Shown here piece after piece: positions 1 to 13,522 of a stretch of DNA of 60,382 nt. The notes under the pieces were generated by a model that made no database searches, was not told the DNA's origin, and worked only from the letters and a program-made list of their open reading frames with translations. Position numbers and translations under genes: made by a program. This DNA comes from Thelocarpon superellum. Lineage: Eukaryota. Numbering within the stretch: the stretch's first letter is position 1; each line of letters begins with the position of its first letter. The DNA lies in assembly GCA_026025795.1 (NCBI GenBank), contig JAPEUG010000066.1, positions 1-60,382 of the forward strand. Reading direction: 5' to 3'.

Positions 1-1765
1 AAGGCGATGCGCCGGGGCACAACAACGGCGCGACGTGCCCCGATGGGAAAATCGAGCTGAAGGAGCATGAGGCCTATGACAAACTCGGCTTCCGCTTTCC
101 CGCGTGGAAGAAGTGGGGTACGCTCTCCGTCGTCTTCATGGTGCAGGTCTCTATGAACTTCAATTCCAGCGTTTACGCCAATGCCGTTACGCCCATCTCC
201 ATGTCCTTCGGTGTCAGCGAGCAGGCCGCTCGCGTCGGTCAGATGATCTTCCTCGTCGCCTATGCCTTTGGCAGTGAGCTGTGGGCCCCTTGGAGCGAGG
301 AGTATGGCCGCTGGCCCGTGCTGCAGCTATCGCTCTTCTTAGTCAATATCTGGCAGATCCCCGCCGCGCTCGCCAAGAACTTTGGCACCATCATCGTCGC
401 CCGCTTTCTCGGCGGCATCTCCTCGGCCGGTGGCTCCGTCACTTTGGGCCTCATTGCCGACATGTGGGAGCCCGATGACCAACAGTATGCCGTGGCCTTT
501 GTCGTGCTCTCTTCCGTCGGCGGATCCGTCGTCGGCCCCATTGTCGGCGGCTTTATCGAAGCCTATCTGCCCTGGTACTGGAACTTCTGGGTCCAGCTGA
601 TCTTTGGCGGCGCCGTCCAGCTGATCCACTTTGTCTTCGTGCCTGAGACCCGCGTCACCGTGCTTCTCAATCGCGAGGCCAAGCGACGGCGCCAAGCTGG
701 CCAGACCAACATTTATGGACCCGACGAGCTTGAGCCCCAGCGGCTCTCGGTCAAGACCGTCTTGACCACCTGGTCCCGACCCTTTGTCATGTTTCTGAAG
801 GAGCCCATTGTCCTCTGGCTCTCGCTCCTAAGCGGTTTCAGCGACGCGCTCATCTTTACCTTCCTGGCATCCTTCACCCCGGTCTACAAGCAGTGGGGCT
901 TCGGCACGGTGCAGATTGGCTTGGCCTTTATCCCGTACGTCGTGCCCGACCTGCCATCATACGCGTGTCGCTGACCGGCCCTCCTCCATCTAGCATCCTC
1001 ATCGGGTATTTCATTGCCTACGCCTCCTTCTTCCCCTTTATCCATCGTCATCGGCAGATCCGTCGCAAGCATCCCGACGCGCTGCAGCCGGAAGCGCGTC
1101 TCTATTGGCTACTGTTCAGTGAGTGGTCCTAAACGGCCTGGTCTCTGGGGAGATGACTGAGCCGATCGTGCAGCGGCGCCGCTTGAGACCATTGGCCTGT
1201 TCGGATTTGCGTGGACGTGTATTGGCCCGCCGGCTGTGCCCTGGATCGCGCCCATGATCTTCTCCATGCTTATCGCGATTGCCAACGTACGTACCGGACC
1301 AGACCCCTGCGTGATAGCAAGACACCTACTGACGCGAGCGGGAGGACAACAGTACTGCATCTACATGGCAACGATCGATTATATGATCGCGAGCTACGGC
1401 CCATATTCCGCCTCAGCCACTGGAGGCAATGCGCTTGCGCGTGACTTTCTCGCCGGCATTGCGGCCATGTACTCGTCGCCCTGTAAGTGATGGCCGGTCC
1501 ATATGGGTCTATCGCGCGCGATGACTGACTGGCCGCGGCAGTCTACTCTAACATCAAGCCTGACAGCCTCGAGTGGCCCTCGACCATTCTGGCTGTTGTG
1601 GCGCTGCTCGTCACCATCCCCATCTACGTCTTCTACTGGAAGGGACCGGTCATTCGCGAGCGGTCGACCTTTGCCCAGACCCTCGCCAGCGATCGTAAAG
1701 CCCGTGGCGCTCCGGCAATGGCTTCGGACAAAGACCGTCATGCTCTGAATTCGGAAAAGGCGTAG
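1..1765 (+). CDS. MFS transporter, DHA1-like drug/polyamine:H+ antiporter (5' end outside window)
   Basis: Exons <1-934, 994-1118, 1174-1286, 1353-1482, 1542-1765, joined by GT-AG introns with branch sites. Many TM helices; MFS motif A variant WAPWSEEYGRWPVL; motif C-like GSVVGPIVGG. Confidence 0.9.
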
Positions 1766-2653
1766 CATTACCGGGGCATGCAATAGTGAATCGCGGGATA
1801 AAAGGAACACGCACGGGTTGGTGTCGTTGGTCATTCTTTATGGATTACTGCTTTAGGATCGCGGTGTCGGACTGGCTGCTGGCTGGAGGTCTTCACGAGC
1901 AGATCGGATTCTTGATTGGCACCTTGCTTGGTTTACTGCATCGCCTTGGATTCCACCAACGCTGACGTGTAGTCCCTTCGAGACTCGCATGGGGCTCATT
2001 GTTGGAACGTTTCTCAGAACACACATCGTTATCGAAAATCGGTCGGAGGCACAATGCGTCGATCCCGAAGCGACTCAGTCTGTGGCGCCTTGTAGGATGT
2101 GTCACCATACGAAAAGTAAACCTCTCGCAGCAGAACGGGGCCCTCTACCGAAGCCGTCGTCGGCGCAAGAAGCCAGATGCTGGAGAACCTCACGGCCGAT
2201 TAGACCGAATCGCGTGGCCTTGACACACTGTCCACCATCCAACTAAGCCGCTGAGTTGTTATCCCCAAGTAAGGGCAGTCTCTCAAGCGCATGATCCAAA
2301 ACCAATCTGTCATTCACGGCTAGAATGGACGTTGCGAAGATCCTGGTACGCAATGCACCGTGTGGGTGGAAGTTGTAAAGTCACGTGTACAAGTGCCACG
2401 AATTGGAATCCGAATGGGTGGCGGAGGCAGCCACTCCACCACACAAATCCATCGTGCTCCAGCTTGTTCAGGCCAGGGCTCCTTCACTGCTCACGGGTTT
2501 CCCCCACGGCGCGCACATGACGGGACGCCCGACTGCAGCCAAATTACCTGGGCGGACAATGTTCTGATTGCTAGAACCGTGCGTACCATTCTCAGAAAAC
2601 CCACCGTCGTGAGGCCGGCAGCTGGGGCTTGAGCACCCCCCACCATCGACAAG

Positions 2654-5600
2654 ATGCAGTCTTCTCCTAATATGCTGACCAAGGTGAGCATACCCACCCG
2701 CCAAACTCCTACCCCACGCACTGATACTCTCGTCGTAGTTTGAATCCAAGTCGTCGAGGGCCAAAGGCATTGCCTTCCATCCTAAGAGGTCGGTCCAAAT
2801 TCCAGGTACCGTCCTCGTCGGCGACGCTGACCCTCGCCCAGACCATGGATCCTCGTCTCCCTGCATTCGTCCACCATCCAGCTCTGGGACTATCGCATGG
2901 GCACGCTCATCGATCGTTTCGAGGAGCATGATGGCCCTGTCCGCGGCGTTGACTTCCACAAGACCCAGCCGCTCTTCGTGTCGGGCGGCGACGACTACAA
3001 GATCAAGGTCTGGTCCTACCAGACCCGGAGATGTCTCTTCACCCTCAACGGCCACCTGGACTATGTGCGTACCGTCTTCTTCCACCATGAACTGCCGTGG
3101 ATCCTGTCGAGCTCCGACGACCAGACGATTCGTATCTGGAATTGGCAGAATCGGTCGCTCATCTGCACCATGACCGGACACAATCATTACACCATGTGCG
3201 CCCAGTTTCACCCCAAGGATGACCTGATTGTCTCGGCGTCGTTGGATCAATCTGTGCGCGTCTGGGACATCTCCGGTCTGCGCAAGAAGCAATCGGCGCC
3301 GACCTCCATGACTTTTGAGGACCAGATGGCCCGTGCCAATTCCAACCAAGCTGACATGTTCGGCAATACCGATGCCGTCGTCAAGTTTGTTCTGGAGGGC
3401 CACGATCGGGGCGTCAATTGGGTCGCGTTCCACCCGACCCTGCCCCTCATCGTCTCGGCCGGCGACGACCGCTTGGTCAAGCTCTGGCGGATGAGCGAGA
3501 CCAAGGCGTGGGAGGTCGACACCTGCCGCGGCCACTTCCAAAACTCCTCCGGCTGCCTCTTCCACCCCCACCAGGATCTCATTCTCTCCGTGGGCGAGGA
3601 CAAGACCATTCGTGTCTGGGATCTGAACAAGCGTACGTCCGTGCAGTCCTTCAAGCGCGAGAACGACCGCTTCTGGGTCATCGCCGCCCATCCCGAGATC
3701 AACCTCTTCGCCGCCGGACACGACAATGGCGTCATGGTCTTCAAGCTCGAGCGGGAACGACCGGCGTCGGCCGTCTACCAGAACCAACTCTTCTACATCA
3801 CCAAGGAGAAGCACGTGCGGGCCTATGACTTCCAGAAGAGCGTCGAGTCCCCGCCGATGCTGTCGCTGAAGAAGCTGGGAAGTGCCTGGGTCCCGCCGCG
3901 GACCATCTCGTACAACCCGGCCGAACGTGCCATCCTCGTCACCTCCCCCACGGACGGCGGGGTCTACGAGCTCATCAACCTGCCGCGCGACCCCTCGGGC
4001 GCCATGGAGCCGACGGACACGAAGCGTGGCCCGGGTAATGCCGCCGTCTTCGTCGCTCGCAATCGCTTTGCCGTCTTCACGCAAGCGACGCAGCAGATTG
4101 ACATCAAGGATCTGTCCAACTCCACGACCAAGACCCTCAAGCCGCCGCCCGGGACGGTGGACATCTATTTTGGTGGGACGGGCAACCTCCTGCTCATCAC
4201 CCCAACCACCGTCGTGCTCTACGACATCCAGCAGAAGAAGAACGTGGCCGAGCTGTCGGTGAGCGGAGTCAAGTACGTGGTGTGGTCGAACGACGGCCTG
4301 TACGCCGCCTTGCTCAGCAAGCACAACGTCATGATCGTGACCAAGGCGCTCGAGCAAGTCAGCACCCTGCACGAGACCATCCGTATCAAGAGCGCCACGT
4401 GGGACGACGCCGGCGTACTGCTCTACTCCACCCTCAACCACATCAAATACACGCTCCTGAACGGGTAGGTCACTCCCCAATGGCACGCCCCAGGCCATCG
4501 CGCTGACGCGAGACAGGGATAACGGGATCGTGCGAACACTCGATCAGACCGTCTACCTGGTCAAGGTCAAAGCGCGCAGCGTGTATTGCCTAGACCGCGC
4601 CGCGAAGCCCAAGATCCTCCACATCGACCCAACCGAGTATCGATTCAAGCTGGCGTTGGTCAAGCGGAACTATGACGAGATGTTGCAGATCATCAAGACA
4701 TCGAGTCTGGTCGGCCAGAGCATCATCTCATACCTGCAGAAGAAAGGATACCCGGAGATCGCGCTGCAATTCGTGCAGGATCCACAGACGCGCTTTGAGC
4801 TGGGCATCGAGTGCGGCAATCTCGACGTCGCCGTGGACATGGCCAAGCAACTCGACCGACCTAAGCTCTGGAGTCGGCTCGGGGTCGAAGCACTGGCGCA
4901 CGGGAACCACCAGATCGTCGAGATGGTCTACCAGAAGCTTCGACAATTCGACAAGCTCTCCTTCCTCTACTTGGCTACGGGTGACGAGGAGAAGCTAGCG
5001 CGGATGAGCAAGATCGCGGAGCATCGCGGCGACTACACGGCCCGCTTTCAAAACTCCCTCTACACCGGCGACGTGGAAGACCGGATCCGGCTCTTCAAGG
5101 AGCTGGACCTATCACCGCTTGCCTACCTGACCGCGACGTCGAGTGGCAAGGCGGACGAGGCGGCGGCGATCCTTGAGGCTAGTGGGGTCGCCAGCGATCA
5201 GATCACCTTGCCCTCCACGGGTGCCCGTCGACAACCCGCGCAACCCATCGCGCCCACGCACCGCACGAACTGGCCCGTCAAGGCCACCTCACATTCCTTC
5301 TTCGAGAAGGCGCTGCTCGGACAGGTCGAGGGCGGGGCCTTGGACGGCGAGGGCGAGGCGACCAACGGCTTCGGCGCGGATGACCTTGCCGAAGAGGAGG
5401 GCGGTGCGGGTCGCAACGGGGGAGTCGAGGCGGACGAGGATGAAGACGCCGCGGGCTGGGATATGGGCGATGACATCAACGTTGAGGTGGAGAATGACTT
5501 TGTCAACGTTGACAGCGCCGAGGCCGGGGCCGGCAGCAGTGAGGCTGAGCTGTGGGCACGCAATTCGCCCGTTGCGGCGGACCACGTGGCTGGTGGCTCG

Positions 5601-6580
5601 TTTGATACGGCCATGCAGCTGCTCAACCGCCAGGTGGGCGCGGTGAACTTTGCCCCGCTGAAACCGCGCTTCCTGGAGATCTACCAAGCCTCGAAGACCT
5701 ACCTGCCGGCGACGGTGGGCTTGCCGCCGCTCGTCAACTACCTGCGTCGGACGCTGGATGAAACGGACTCCCGCAAGGTGCTGCCCTTGATCCCGCGCGA
5801 TCTCGAGACCATCGCGTCAGGCGACCTCCAGGCGGGCTACGCCGCCATGAAGAGTAACAACCTCGAGGGCGGCGTCAAGATCTTCAAGCGCATCCTCCAC
5901 TCGCTCCTGGTCAATGCGGTGGAGAGCCAACAGCAAGTTACCGAGGTTCGTGCCGTCTGCTGCGCGCCCGACCACGAACGGGGCACCCTGCTAATGCTCC
6001 CTAGGCCAAGAAGATCATCGCCACCGCGAGCGAATATGCCATCGCCATGTCGATCGAGTTGGCGCGACGCGCGCTGCCTGCAGATGAGGCCAGTCTCCAG
6101 CGCAGCCTCGAGCTATCGGCGTATTTTACCATCCCTAAGCTCGAGGTCGTTCACCGACAGCTGGCGCTCGTGGCCGCGATGAACTTTGCGGCGGGGAAGA
6201 ACAACTTGGCCTCGGCCCTGAGCTTTGCCAACCGCATCATGGCGAATGGCGCGCAGGGAAAGATGGCGGAACGGGTACGTCTTGGGCCCCACGTGTCCTC
6301 CCCTTGACCTGGGACCGGCTGACCTTCGACGTAGGCACGGGTGATGAAGACCAAGTGCGAGCGTAGCCCGCACGATAAGCACGACATCGAGTACGACCAG
6401 TTTGCTGAGTTTGACGTCTGCGCTGCCTCATTCACGCCCATCTACGGTGGGTCGCCGGTGGCGTCGTGTCCATTTGACGGGGCCAAGTATCATTCGCGGT
6501 ACAAGGGCACGGTGTGCAAAGTGTGCGAGGTCGCCGAGGTGGGCGCCCCCGCCAGTGGACTGCGGCTGGTTGGCGTTTGA
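2654..6580 (+). CDS. COP1: Coatomer (COPI) subunit alpha
   Basis: Exons 2654-2683, 2739-2788, 2842-4464, 4517-5945, 6005-6274, 6335-6580. N-terminus [31 protein letters not shown]40 repeats; C-terminal CAASFTPIY...CKVC...GAPASGLRL. Confidence 0.97.
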
Positions 6581-6897
6581 TCGTGACGTGGTGGATGACG
6601 ATGATGACGCACTCCGCTGCTTTTGTACGAGCATGGAGCTTGTCGGCATCTAGACTTGATTGACCAGCTACAATCCATTCCGGTGATGTTGGTTCTCGTT
6701 CGACGCGAGAAAGACGTAGGATGTAGTCAGACTCGGCGTGTCTGAAGAGATGAGGCGTAATCTCCATCGTCAGCGATCAGATCGCTTGACGTAGAACTTG
6801 CACCTTCACACCTTGCGTAGGTAAAAGCATACCTACCCGGGTAGCCGGCACATATGGATCTTCTGCGTCGTCTCGTCATAGAGACGGTCTTCTCCTC

Positions 6898-9800
6898 ATG
6901 GCCTCGTCAGATGCGGGCCGAGGTCGAGACTTTCATCATCCCTTTACACCCTACGACATCCAGGTGCAGTTCATGAATGCCGTCTACGACTGTCTCCAAG
7001 AGGGTCACATTGGCATCTTCGAGTCCCCCACCGGTACGTTCACGCGTGTCGGCGGTCTGGCGGTGTGGCAGCTGACCTATCTACAGGCACGGTATGTGAG
7101 CAGCGCGTGATTGTAGCTGATGTATCGTGCTCACGTTGATGCTGTCATAGGGCAAATCGCTCAGTCTGATCTGCGGGTCTTTGACCTGGCTGCGGGACCA
7201 TAAGCGCAAGGCTTTGGATGACGAGCTCAACGTTGAAGATGCAGGTACGTGAACCCGGCCATGCAACCAAACCGTGCCAACTGCCCTCAGACGCCGACGA
7301 GCCGGCGTGGATGGTCGAGCATGCGCGAGAAGAGCAGCGCCAGCGTCTACTCCGGCATCGTCACGACCTCGAAGCCCGCCTGGTCAAAATCCGCGAGCGT
7401 GAGCAGAGAGAGAAGGAGCGCTACGCCAAGGGGATCCCCGTGCAGAAGAAAACGGTACGTTGGACGCTCTTGATCAGTCAGAAGTCTCTGATGGAGACAG
7501 CGACTAGATGACGGTCCACGTGTCTCGACCGCACCCGAGGACGACGACCTCGTGCTCGATGACTACGAGAGCGACGATGCGTCCAATGCGAAGGCGGTGG
7601 CGCCGGGCACGGAGGGGCTGTCCGTCGAGACTCAAGCGCTCATGAAGCGGTACGGACGTGCGTCGAGGATGAGCCCCTTCATACTGATCGACGTCAGATT
7701 CGCCCCGAATCCGGGTGACGCGCACAGTGAGGAAGATGGAGAGAAGGAGGAAATGAAGGTCAGGATTCCCGTCAACTTTACTCCCGCCACGTTCATGCCT
7801 ATCTAGATTTTCTACTGTTCCCGCACCTACTCGCAGCTGGACCAATTCGTGAACGAGCTGCGACGAATCAGATGGATCTCCTCCCCGGACCGGCCCGGAC
7901 CAGCGGAGAGAGATCCTCCTGCATCGGACACGGCTGCCGAGACATTGAAGCATCTGGCCCTGGGTTCCCGGAGTAAGCTCTGTATCAATGACAAAGTCAC
8001 CAAAGGGGCCAGCGACGCGACCATCAACGAGCGCTGTTTGGATTTGCAGAGGCCTGGTATGACCCAGTATAGCTCCAATTGCGCGTTGCGGCTGACCCAC
8101 TTCGCTCTAGCTACCCCCAAAGATCGCCGATGTCCCTACCTACCCACCAAGGAGAACCAGACGCTCGTTCATGATTTCCGCGATTACGCCCTGGCTCGCG
8201 TCCGAGACATTGAGGAGTTTGGCGTGCTCGGCCGAAAGCTGGGCATCTGTGCCTACTATGCCTCTCGTGCCACCGTTCCGCCCAGCGAGGTTCGGGGAGT
8301 GCTGGTGGTGGAGATGGCTGTGGCTAACGGATGATAGATTATCACTCTCACATATCCCATGCTGCTCCATAAGTCCATGCGCGAGTCTTTGAAACTCTCG
8401 ATGAAAGGTCATGTGGTGGTGATTGACGAGGCCCACAATCTCATCGACACCATTACAGGCCTTCATTCGGTCCGCATCTCCTATCACGAGCTCCAGCGGC
8501 TGGAGGCCTCCGTGCGAATGTACTGGCAACGGTACGCCAGTCGGACCAAGGGCAAGAATCGAGTCTATATGAGTCAGGTGCAGCGGCTGCTACGATCTCT
8601 AAGAGAGTACTTGGAACAGCAGAAAGGGACGCTTCCGCGTGAGGGCGTTGTGGTGACCCTCGGGGATCTGGTGACGCGGCACGCCATCGATCAGATCAAC
8701 CTGCACAAGCTCCTCCACTATCTCCACCAGAGTCGGCTGGCGCGGAAAGTGGAAGGGTTGATGGAACGCCTGCTCCAACCCACGACGGAACCGGACTCTT
8801 CGCTGGATCTGACGGCATTTCGCAATGCGGCCGGTGATTTGGATGCCACGAAAAAGCCCGGATTTTCATCGCTCGAAGGATTCTTGTTGGCCCTCACCCA
8901 CCCGGCGGAAGAAGGGCAGCTGTTCTGTGAGCGAACGGAGGATGATGACGTGTGCCTGAAGTACACGCTGCTGGATGCCACCCATCACTTCCAGGACATC
9001 GTCACCGACGCTCGGGCCGTTATCTTGGCGGGTGGGACCATGTCACCGGTGAGGAGAGTGCTCGCCGCCATTCATGTGCTTGCTCAAGGTGTGACAGATG
9101 GATGACTATCTCGAGCACCTCCTCGACTATGTCCCCAGGGAGCGGATCCAGACCTTGTCCTGCGGGCATGTCATTCCGGCGGAGAATCTGCTCGCATGGG
9201 CCGTGTCGCACGGCCCCAGCGGGGTAAGGTTTGAGTTCAACTTTGAGATGCGCAATTCCGTGGCTGTGGTATGTTCCGTACTCCCCCCTGAGCCCGTTGA
9301 GACTCACCTGTGGTAGATGGACGAGCTCGGTCGAACCCTGGTGAACTTGTGTCGCACTGTGCCGGATGGCGTCGTGGTATTCTTCCCATCCTACAACTAT
9401 CTGGATCAAGTCGTCCGGCACTGGCGATCGACCACGGTCGGCGCGCCCTCCCTGTGGGAGCGACTGGGACAGCGCAAAGCAGTGTTTTGTGAGAGCAAAG
9501 CAGTGCGTGGGGTTGACACCGTCCTCCAGGAATACTCTGGCGCCGTCGATGGCGGAAAGGGGGGTTTACTACTGGCGGTGGTGGGCGGGAAACTGTCGGA
9601 GGGAATCAACTTCTCGGATGCGCTGGGACGGTGTGTGGTGATGGTGGGATTGCCATTTCCCAACATCCGCAGCGCGGAATGGAAGGCCAAGCTCGCGTAC
9701 ATTGAGCACAGCACCCACGATCGACTGGGCCAACACCACGAGGGCGAGGGTCCGACGTTGAGCGATAACGCACGACAGGCCAAAGCCAAGACTGCAGCGC

Positions 9801-10033
9801 GCGACTTTTACGATAACGCCTGCATGCGGGCGGTGAATCAGAGCATCGGACGAGCGATTCGGCATCGGAACGACTACGCCACCATCATTCTCCTGGACCA
9901 GCGATACGGCAGCGAGCGTATCCGGACAAAGTTGCCCCGATGGATCCAGGCCGGATTGGTGACGGATGCAGGGAAGAAGTCTTTTGGAGAAGTGATGGGG
10001 AGTGTGACTAGGTTTTTTAGATTCAAAGGATGA
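6898..10033 (+). CDS. CHL1: ATP-dependent Fe-S DNA helicase Chl1/DDX11
   Basis: Exons 6898-7033, 7087-7091, 7151-7244, 7291-7454, 7501-7649, 7698-7758, 7807-8056, 8111-8289, 8338-9048, 9098-9268, 9317-10033. Q motif FTPYDIQ, Walker A ESPTGTGKS, four Fe-S Cys, [35 protein letters not shown]. Confidence 0.95.
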
Positions 10034-10418
10034 AGAGATGGTCCGTCGTCTGCTTGCAACTCTCCCTCGTGAGTCAGATGTGGTTGCTCAACAGTAGCAG
10101 CTTTCGCGATACAGTATGTAAGCGGTACTCGTATTATGTTATGTTACTGCTACGGCGAAAGCCGCAGTGTTCATAGTAGGGCTGCACCCCAACTACCCTG
10201 CTAAGCGAAGTCCACCAGCACCACCCGCACGGCAGCACGCAAGTCGACGAGTTACCAAAATTAGCCGACTCGAACCCGCCAAGCGCAAGACTTGCACACC
10301 AACGTCGACCTTCACGGCCTAATCCTTCGTCGACACCCCTCCCCCCTCCACATCCATCACTCGTTCCGAATCTCGAGGCTCCTCTGGCTGCCTCGTCGGA
10401 CATTGACGGATCGTCGAG

Positions 10419-11129
10419 ATGCCGACTCGACTTACCAAGACGCGGAAGCAGTAAGTAGTCGGCTTTCCTTGCCTCAAAGGTGTCACCGTCTGGTCATCCT
10501 GACCCTCGCTCTTTGATTGCATTTCAACCCTATCTCGTCCTCTTGTTGTGTCTCCATGCACTTCTCCCATCACCTCGTCGCGTCCATCCGCTGACGAGTG
10601 CAGCCGCGGTCATGTCTCCGCTGGACACGGTCGCGTGGGTAAGCATCGAAAACATCCCGGTGGACGTGGTATGGCGGGTGGACAGCATCATCATCGAACC
10701 AACGTCGACAAGTACCATCCTGGATACTTTGGCAAGGTCGGCATGCGGTACTTTCACAAGCTTCAAAACCACTTCTGGAAGCCGGTTGTGAATCTCGACA
10801 AGGTGGGTTACGTCTGCATGTCATGGACCATCCATCCATCTCGATCCGTCGATCCATCCGTCTCCGGAGAATGTCCGACTGATCGCGAACATGCACAGCT
10901 CTGGTCACTGGTCCCGGCCGAGCACCGGGCCAAGTACCTCGAATCGGCGGAAAAGGGCAAGGAATCCTCGACGGCGCCGGTGTTGGATCTGCTTCCGCTG
11001 GGATACTCCAAGGTATTGGGCAAGGGGCGGATACCAGAGATTCCAATCGTGGTGCGGGCTCGGTATGTGAGCAAATTGGCGGAAAAGAAGATCAAAGAGG
11101 CAGGAGGGATCGTTGAGCTGGTTGCGTAG
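10419..11129 (+). CDS. RPL28: 60S ribosomal protein uL15 (yeast L28/CYH2, L27a)
   Basis: Exons 10419-10450, 10604-10802, 10899-11129. [42 protein letters not shown]...[16 protein letters not shown]. Confidence 0.97.
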
Positions 11130-11406
11130 CATCGTGACAGAGAGGGGGTCTGTCGTGGATTGTGAGGTGGCTGGAATGGCGTGCATCAGACATCACTCAA
11201 TCGATGAATCTTCAATCAACATACACGTGTACAGGATGTCTCCTAGAGAGGGTAAGGGATGGTGATTATATTACGGTCGATTGACCCACTGATCCACTGA
11301 CTCGCTCACTGCACTTCTCTACTATACAGCACAGCACCGCATTCTCCTCCTTCTCTCCTTCCCTCCGCCCGCAAAGCAAGAATATACAAGGCAGAGAGGG
11401 ACCCGC

Positions 11407-13088
11407 TCACGAGAGCAGGTCCATGCCCTCAGGTTCATCTTCACCCGCGCAAGCCAGAAAATCATGCTGCAGCGCCTCGGCTGCACTGATGCGTCGGGCC
11501 GGGTCAAGCTCCAGACATCTGCCCAGGAACCGGACCGCTTTTGCTTCGTCGGGCGTCAGGGTGGATGTTTCGCCGTTCCCTCCGTCGCTCCCGGTATTCC
11601 CAGCTGCCGGTTCAGTGGCGGTAGAGGCGGTGGAAGCGGAAGCGGAAGCGGACGACTTGGTGCCGGTCCGCCCCGTGCTCCACAGCACAATCTTCTCCAA
11701 TGAGAACCCCCTCTCGCCAATGGTAGGGATGGAAGTCTCGAAGACGGTGTTGTGCAGGAGGGCACAGGCCCGCATCTTGCGCGCTCCGAAGATGGTCGCG
11801 ATCTCGATCATGGCTTCGATGTCGTCGGCCGAGTTGAAGAACGGAAAGCGTCGCGCTAGCATCGTGATGAGGATCACGCCCGCGGACCAGATGTCGATTT
11901 CTGTTCTTCGTTAGGGACGGGAGGTCGCGGCATCATCATGGATGGAGGTATGAGAGGAGAGAGAGGGAGCGAGGGAGGGAGGGTCATACTCGATGTTTGC
12001 GCGGTGCATTTGAATAGCACCTCCGGTGCCCGGAACCCTCGCGTCCCTGCTCGATTGGCCCGTCGTGATGGTCTGTGTAGGTACATCAGGTGGATGTCTC
12101 GTGGAGGTAGGTGAGGCTGGTCCTACCGTTGATCGTCCTTGGGATAGCCCATCGAGGGAGGCTGCCCGAGGATGCCACTCGCCTCCAACTTGTTTCGTCG
12201 TGCTGCCGGGCTGTTCTGACATGTGCAATGGCTGCTGTCCGTTCCCTCTCGCTCCGCCAAACCAAAATCCACCAAGACTCCCCGTCGTCGGTGGATGTCA
12301 TAGAGAAAGTTGGTCGGCTTGATGTCTCGATGCAGGATATCGTGGGTGTGCACAGCGTCGAGCGCAGTGAAGAGTGATCGAAAGTAGACCCGCATGTCCG
12401 CCACCGTGAAGTCGCGAAAATACTCGCGAAAGTCGACATGGCGGAAATACGGCAGCACTGCCACCACCTGGTCGAGATGTCGAAAGGCGGTGATCAATGG
12501 ACACACCGAGTCACATCCGCGCAGGTCGTGCAGCAGCTCCAACTCGTTCTGGATCCGGTGCGGACTGCTCGTCACGTAGATCTTCTTGATGGCCACGTAC
12601 TGTGGTCCGCGTCGGCCTTGCGACCGTTGCATCCCCGTGCTCCCATCCGTCCGCCGCTTCTTGAGCGGCGGTGACGACCACTTGTGGTTCTCCTTGTGCT
12701 CCAAATCCCAGTCATTCACATACTCGTCGTAGTAGAGATCCTCGGCCTTGTACACCGTCGAGAAAGTTCCTGTCGCGGTTAGCATGACCACCCTTCACGG
12801 CCCACACCTCAACCACTCACCCTCCCCAATGCGATTGATCAAACGAAAGCGACTCCCGATCCCTTTGAAGGTGTCGACAAACTTCTCCATGTCTTCCGCC
12901 ACCAGCTCCTCTACCGAGGATTCTTCCCGCGCGTCCGACGAGTCCGATCCCTCTTCCTCCTCGCTCCCTGGCGTCTCGGGATCCGTACCTTCCATGTACT
13001 CATTCTCCTCGTCGCCAGAGTCGTACTGATCCTCGTCGGCGTGGATATCAAAGGTACCTGGGTCCCGTGCCATCTGTGCGTCGGCCAT
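11407..13088 (-). CDS. CDC7: Cell division control protein 7 (DDK catalytic kinase)
   Basis: Exons 13088-12821, 12769-12127, 12072-11990, 11900-11407. IGEGTFSTVYKA, VAIKKIYVTSSP, HRDIKPTNFL, DFGLAE, RANRAGTRGFRAPEVLFKC. Confidence 0.95.
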
Positions 13089-13522
13089 GACGAGGACGGT
13101 GTGTTGGATACTGGGAACACCTGAGGGACGCCGGGACTCCCCTCAAGCTCGGACACTGGCTCATGTACTCACACACAGCTGAATCTCCCTGGACCCTGGA
13201 CCAGGCTCTCCGTGACACCTGCATAAACGACCACGGCACGGAGGAGTAGCTAATGCGCGTGGAGGGGCTGGCTCAACTTGCAGCTGGTTGGTCGACGCGA
13301 GGTGGTGGACTAGTCCAAACGAGGCAAGCAAACAACAAACACCAAGAGGCGATCACACCCAATCACATCGATCGACTACACAAACCGACCACCCAGTCCT
13401 CATCGACTCCTCTCATCGCTTTCATCATTCAGTGCGTGGTGCTTGCATACACACACGCCGAGAGACATGTTCATCCATTAGCCTCATCTTTCGTCCTTCA
13501 TCGTCTCTCGTCTCCTCCCACC

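Noticed and set aside
10451..10603. Long first intron of RPL28 as a snoRNA host or nested (stwintron) intron
   Set aside because: No box C/D pair or H/ACA layout visible; the internal AAG|GTG would define a piece of about 29 nt, too short for an intron.
10676..10700. Cycloheximide-resistance allele in RPL28/CYH2
   Set aside because: The residue equivalent to yeast Gln38 (GGQHHH) is wild-type Gln.
13253..13522. In-frame upstream ATG extensions of YCS4; also RPN12 (43315), RMI1 (53158) and HEM4 (33880)
   Set aside because: Family similarity begins at the downstream ATGs, which have good contexts, and the extensions look like promoter or UTR sequence. They cannot be excluded without TSS data.
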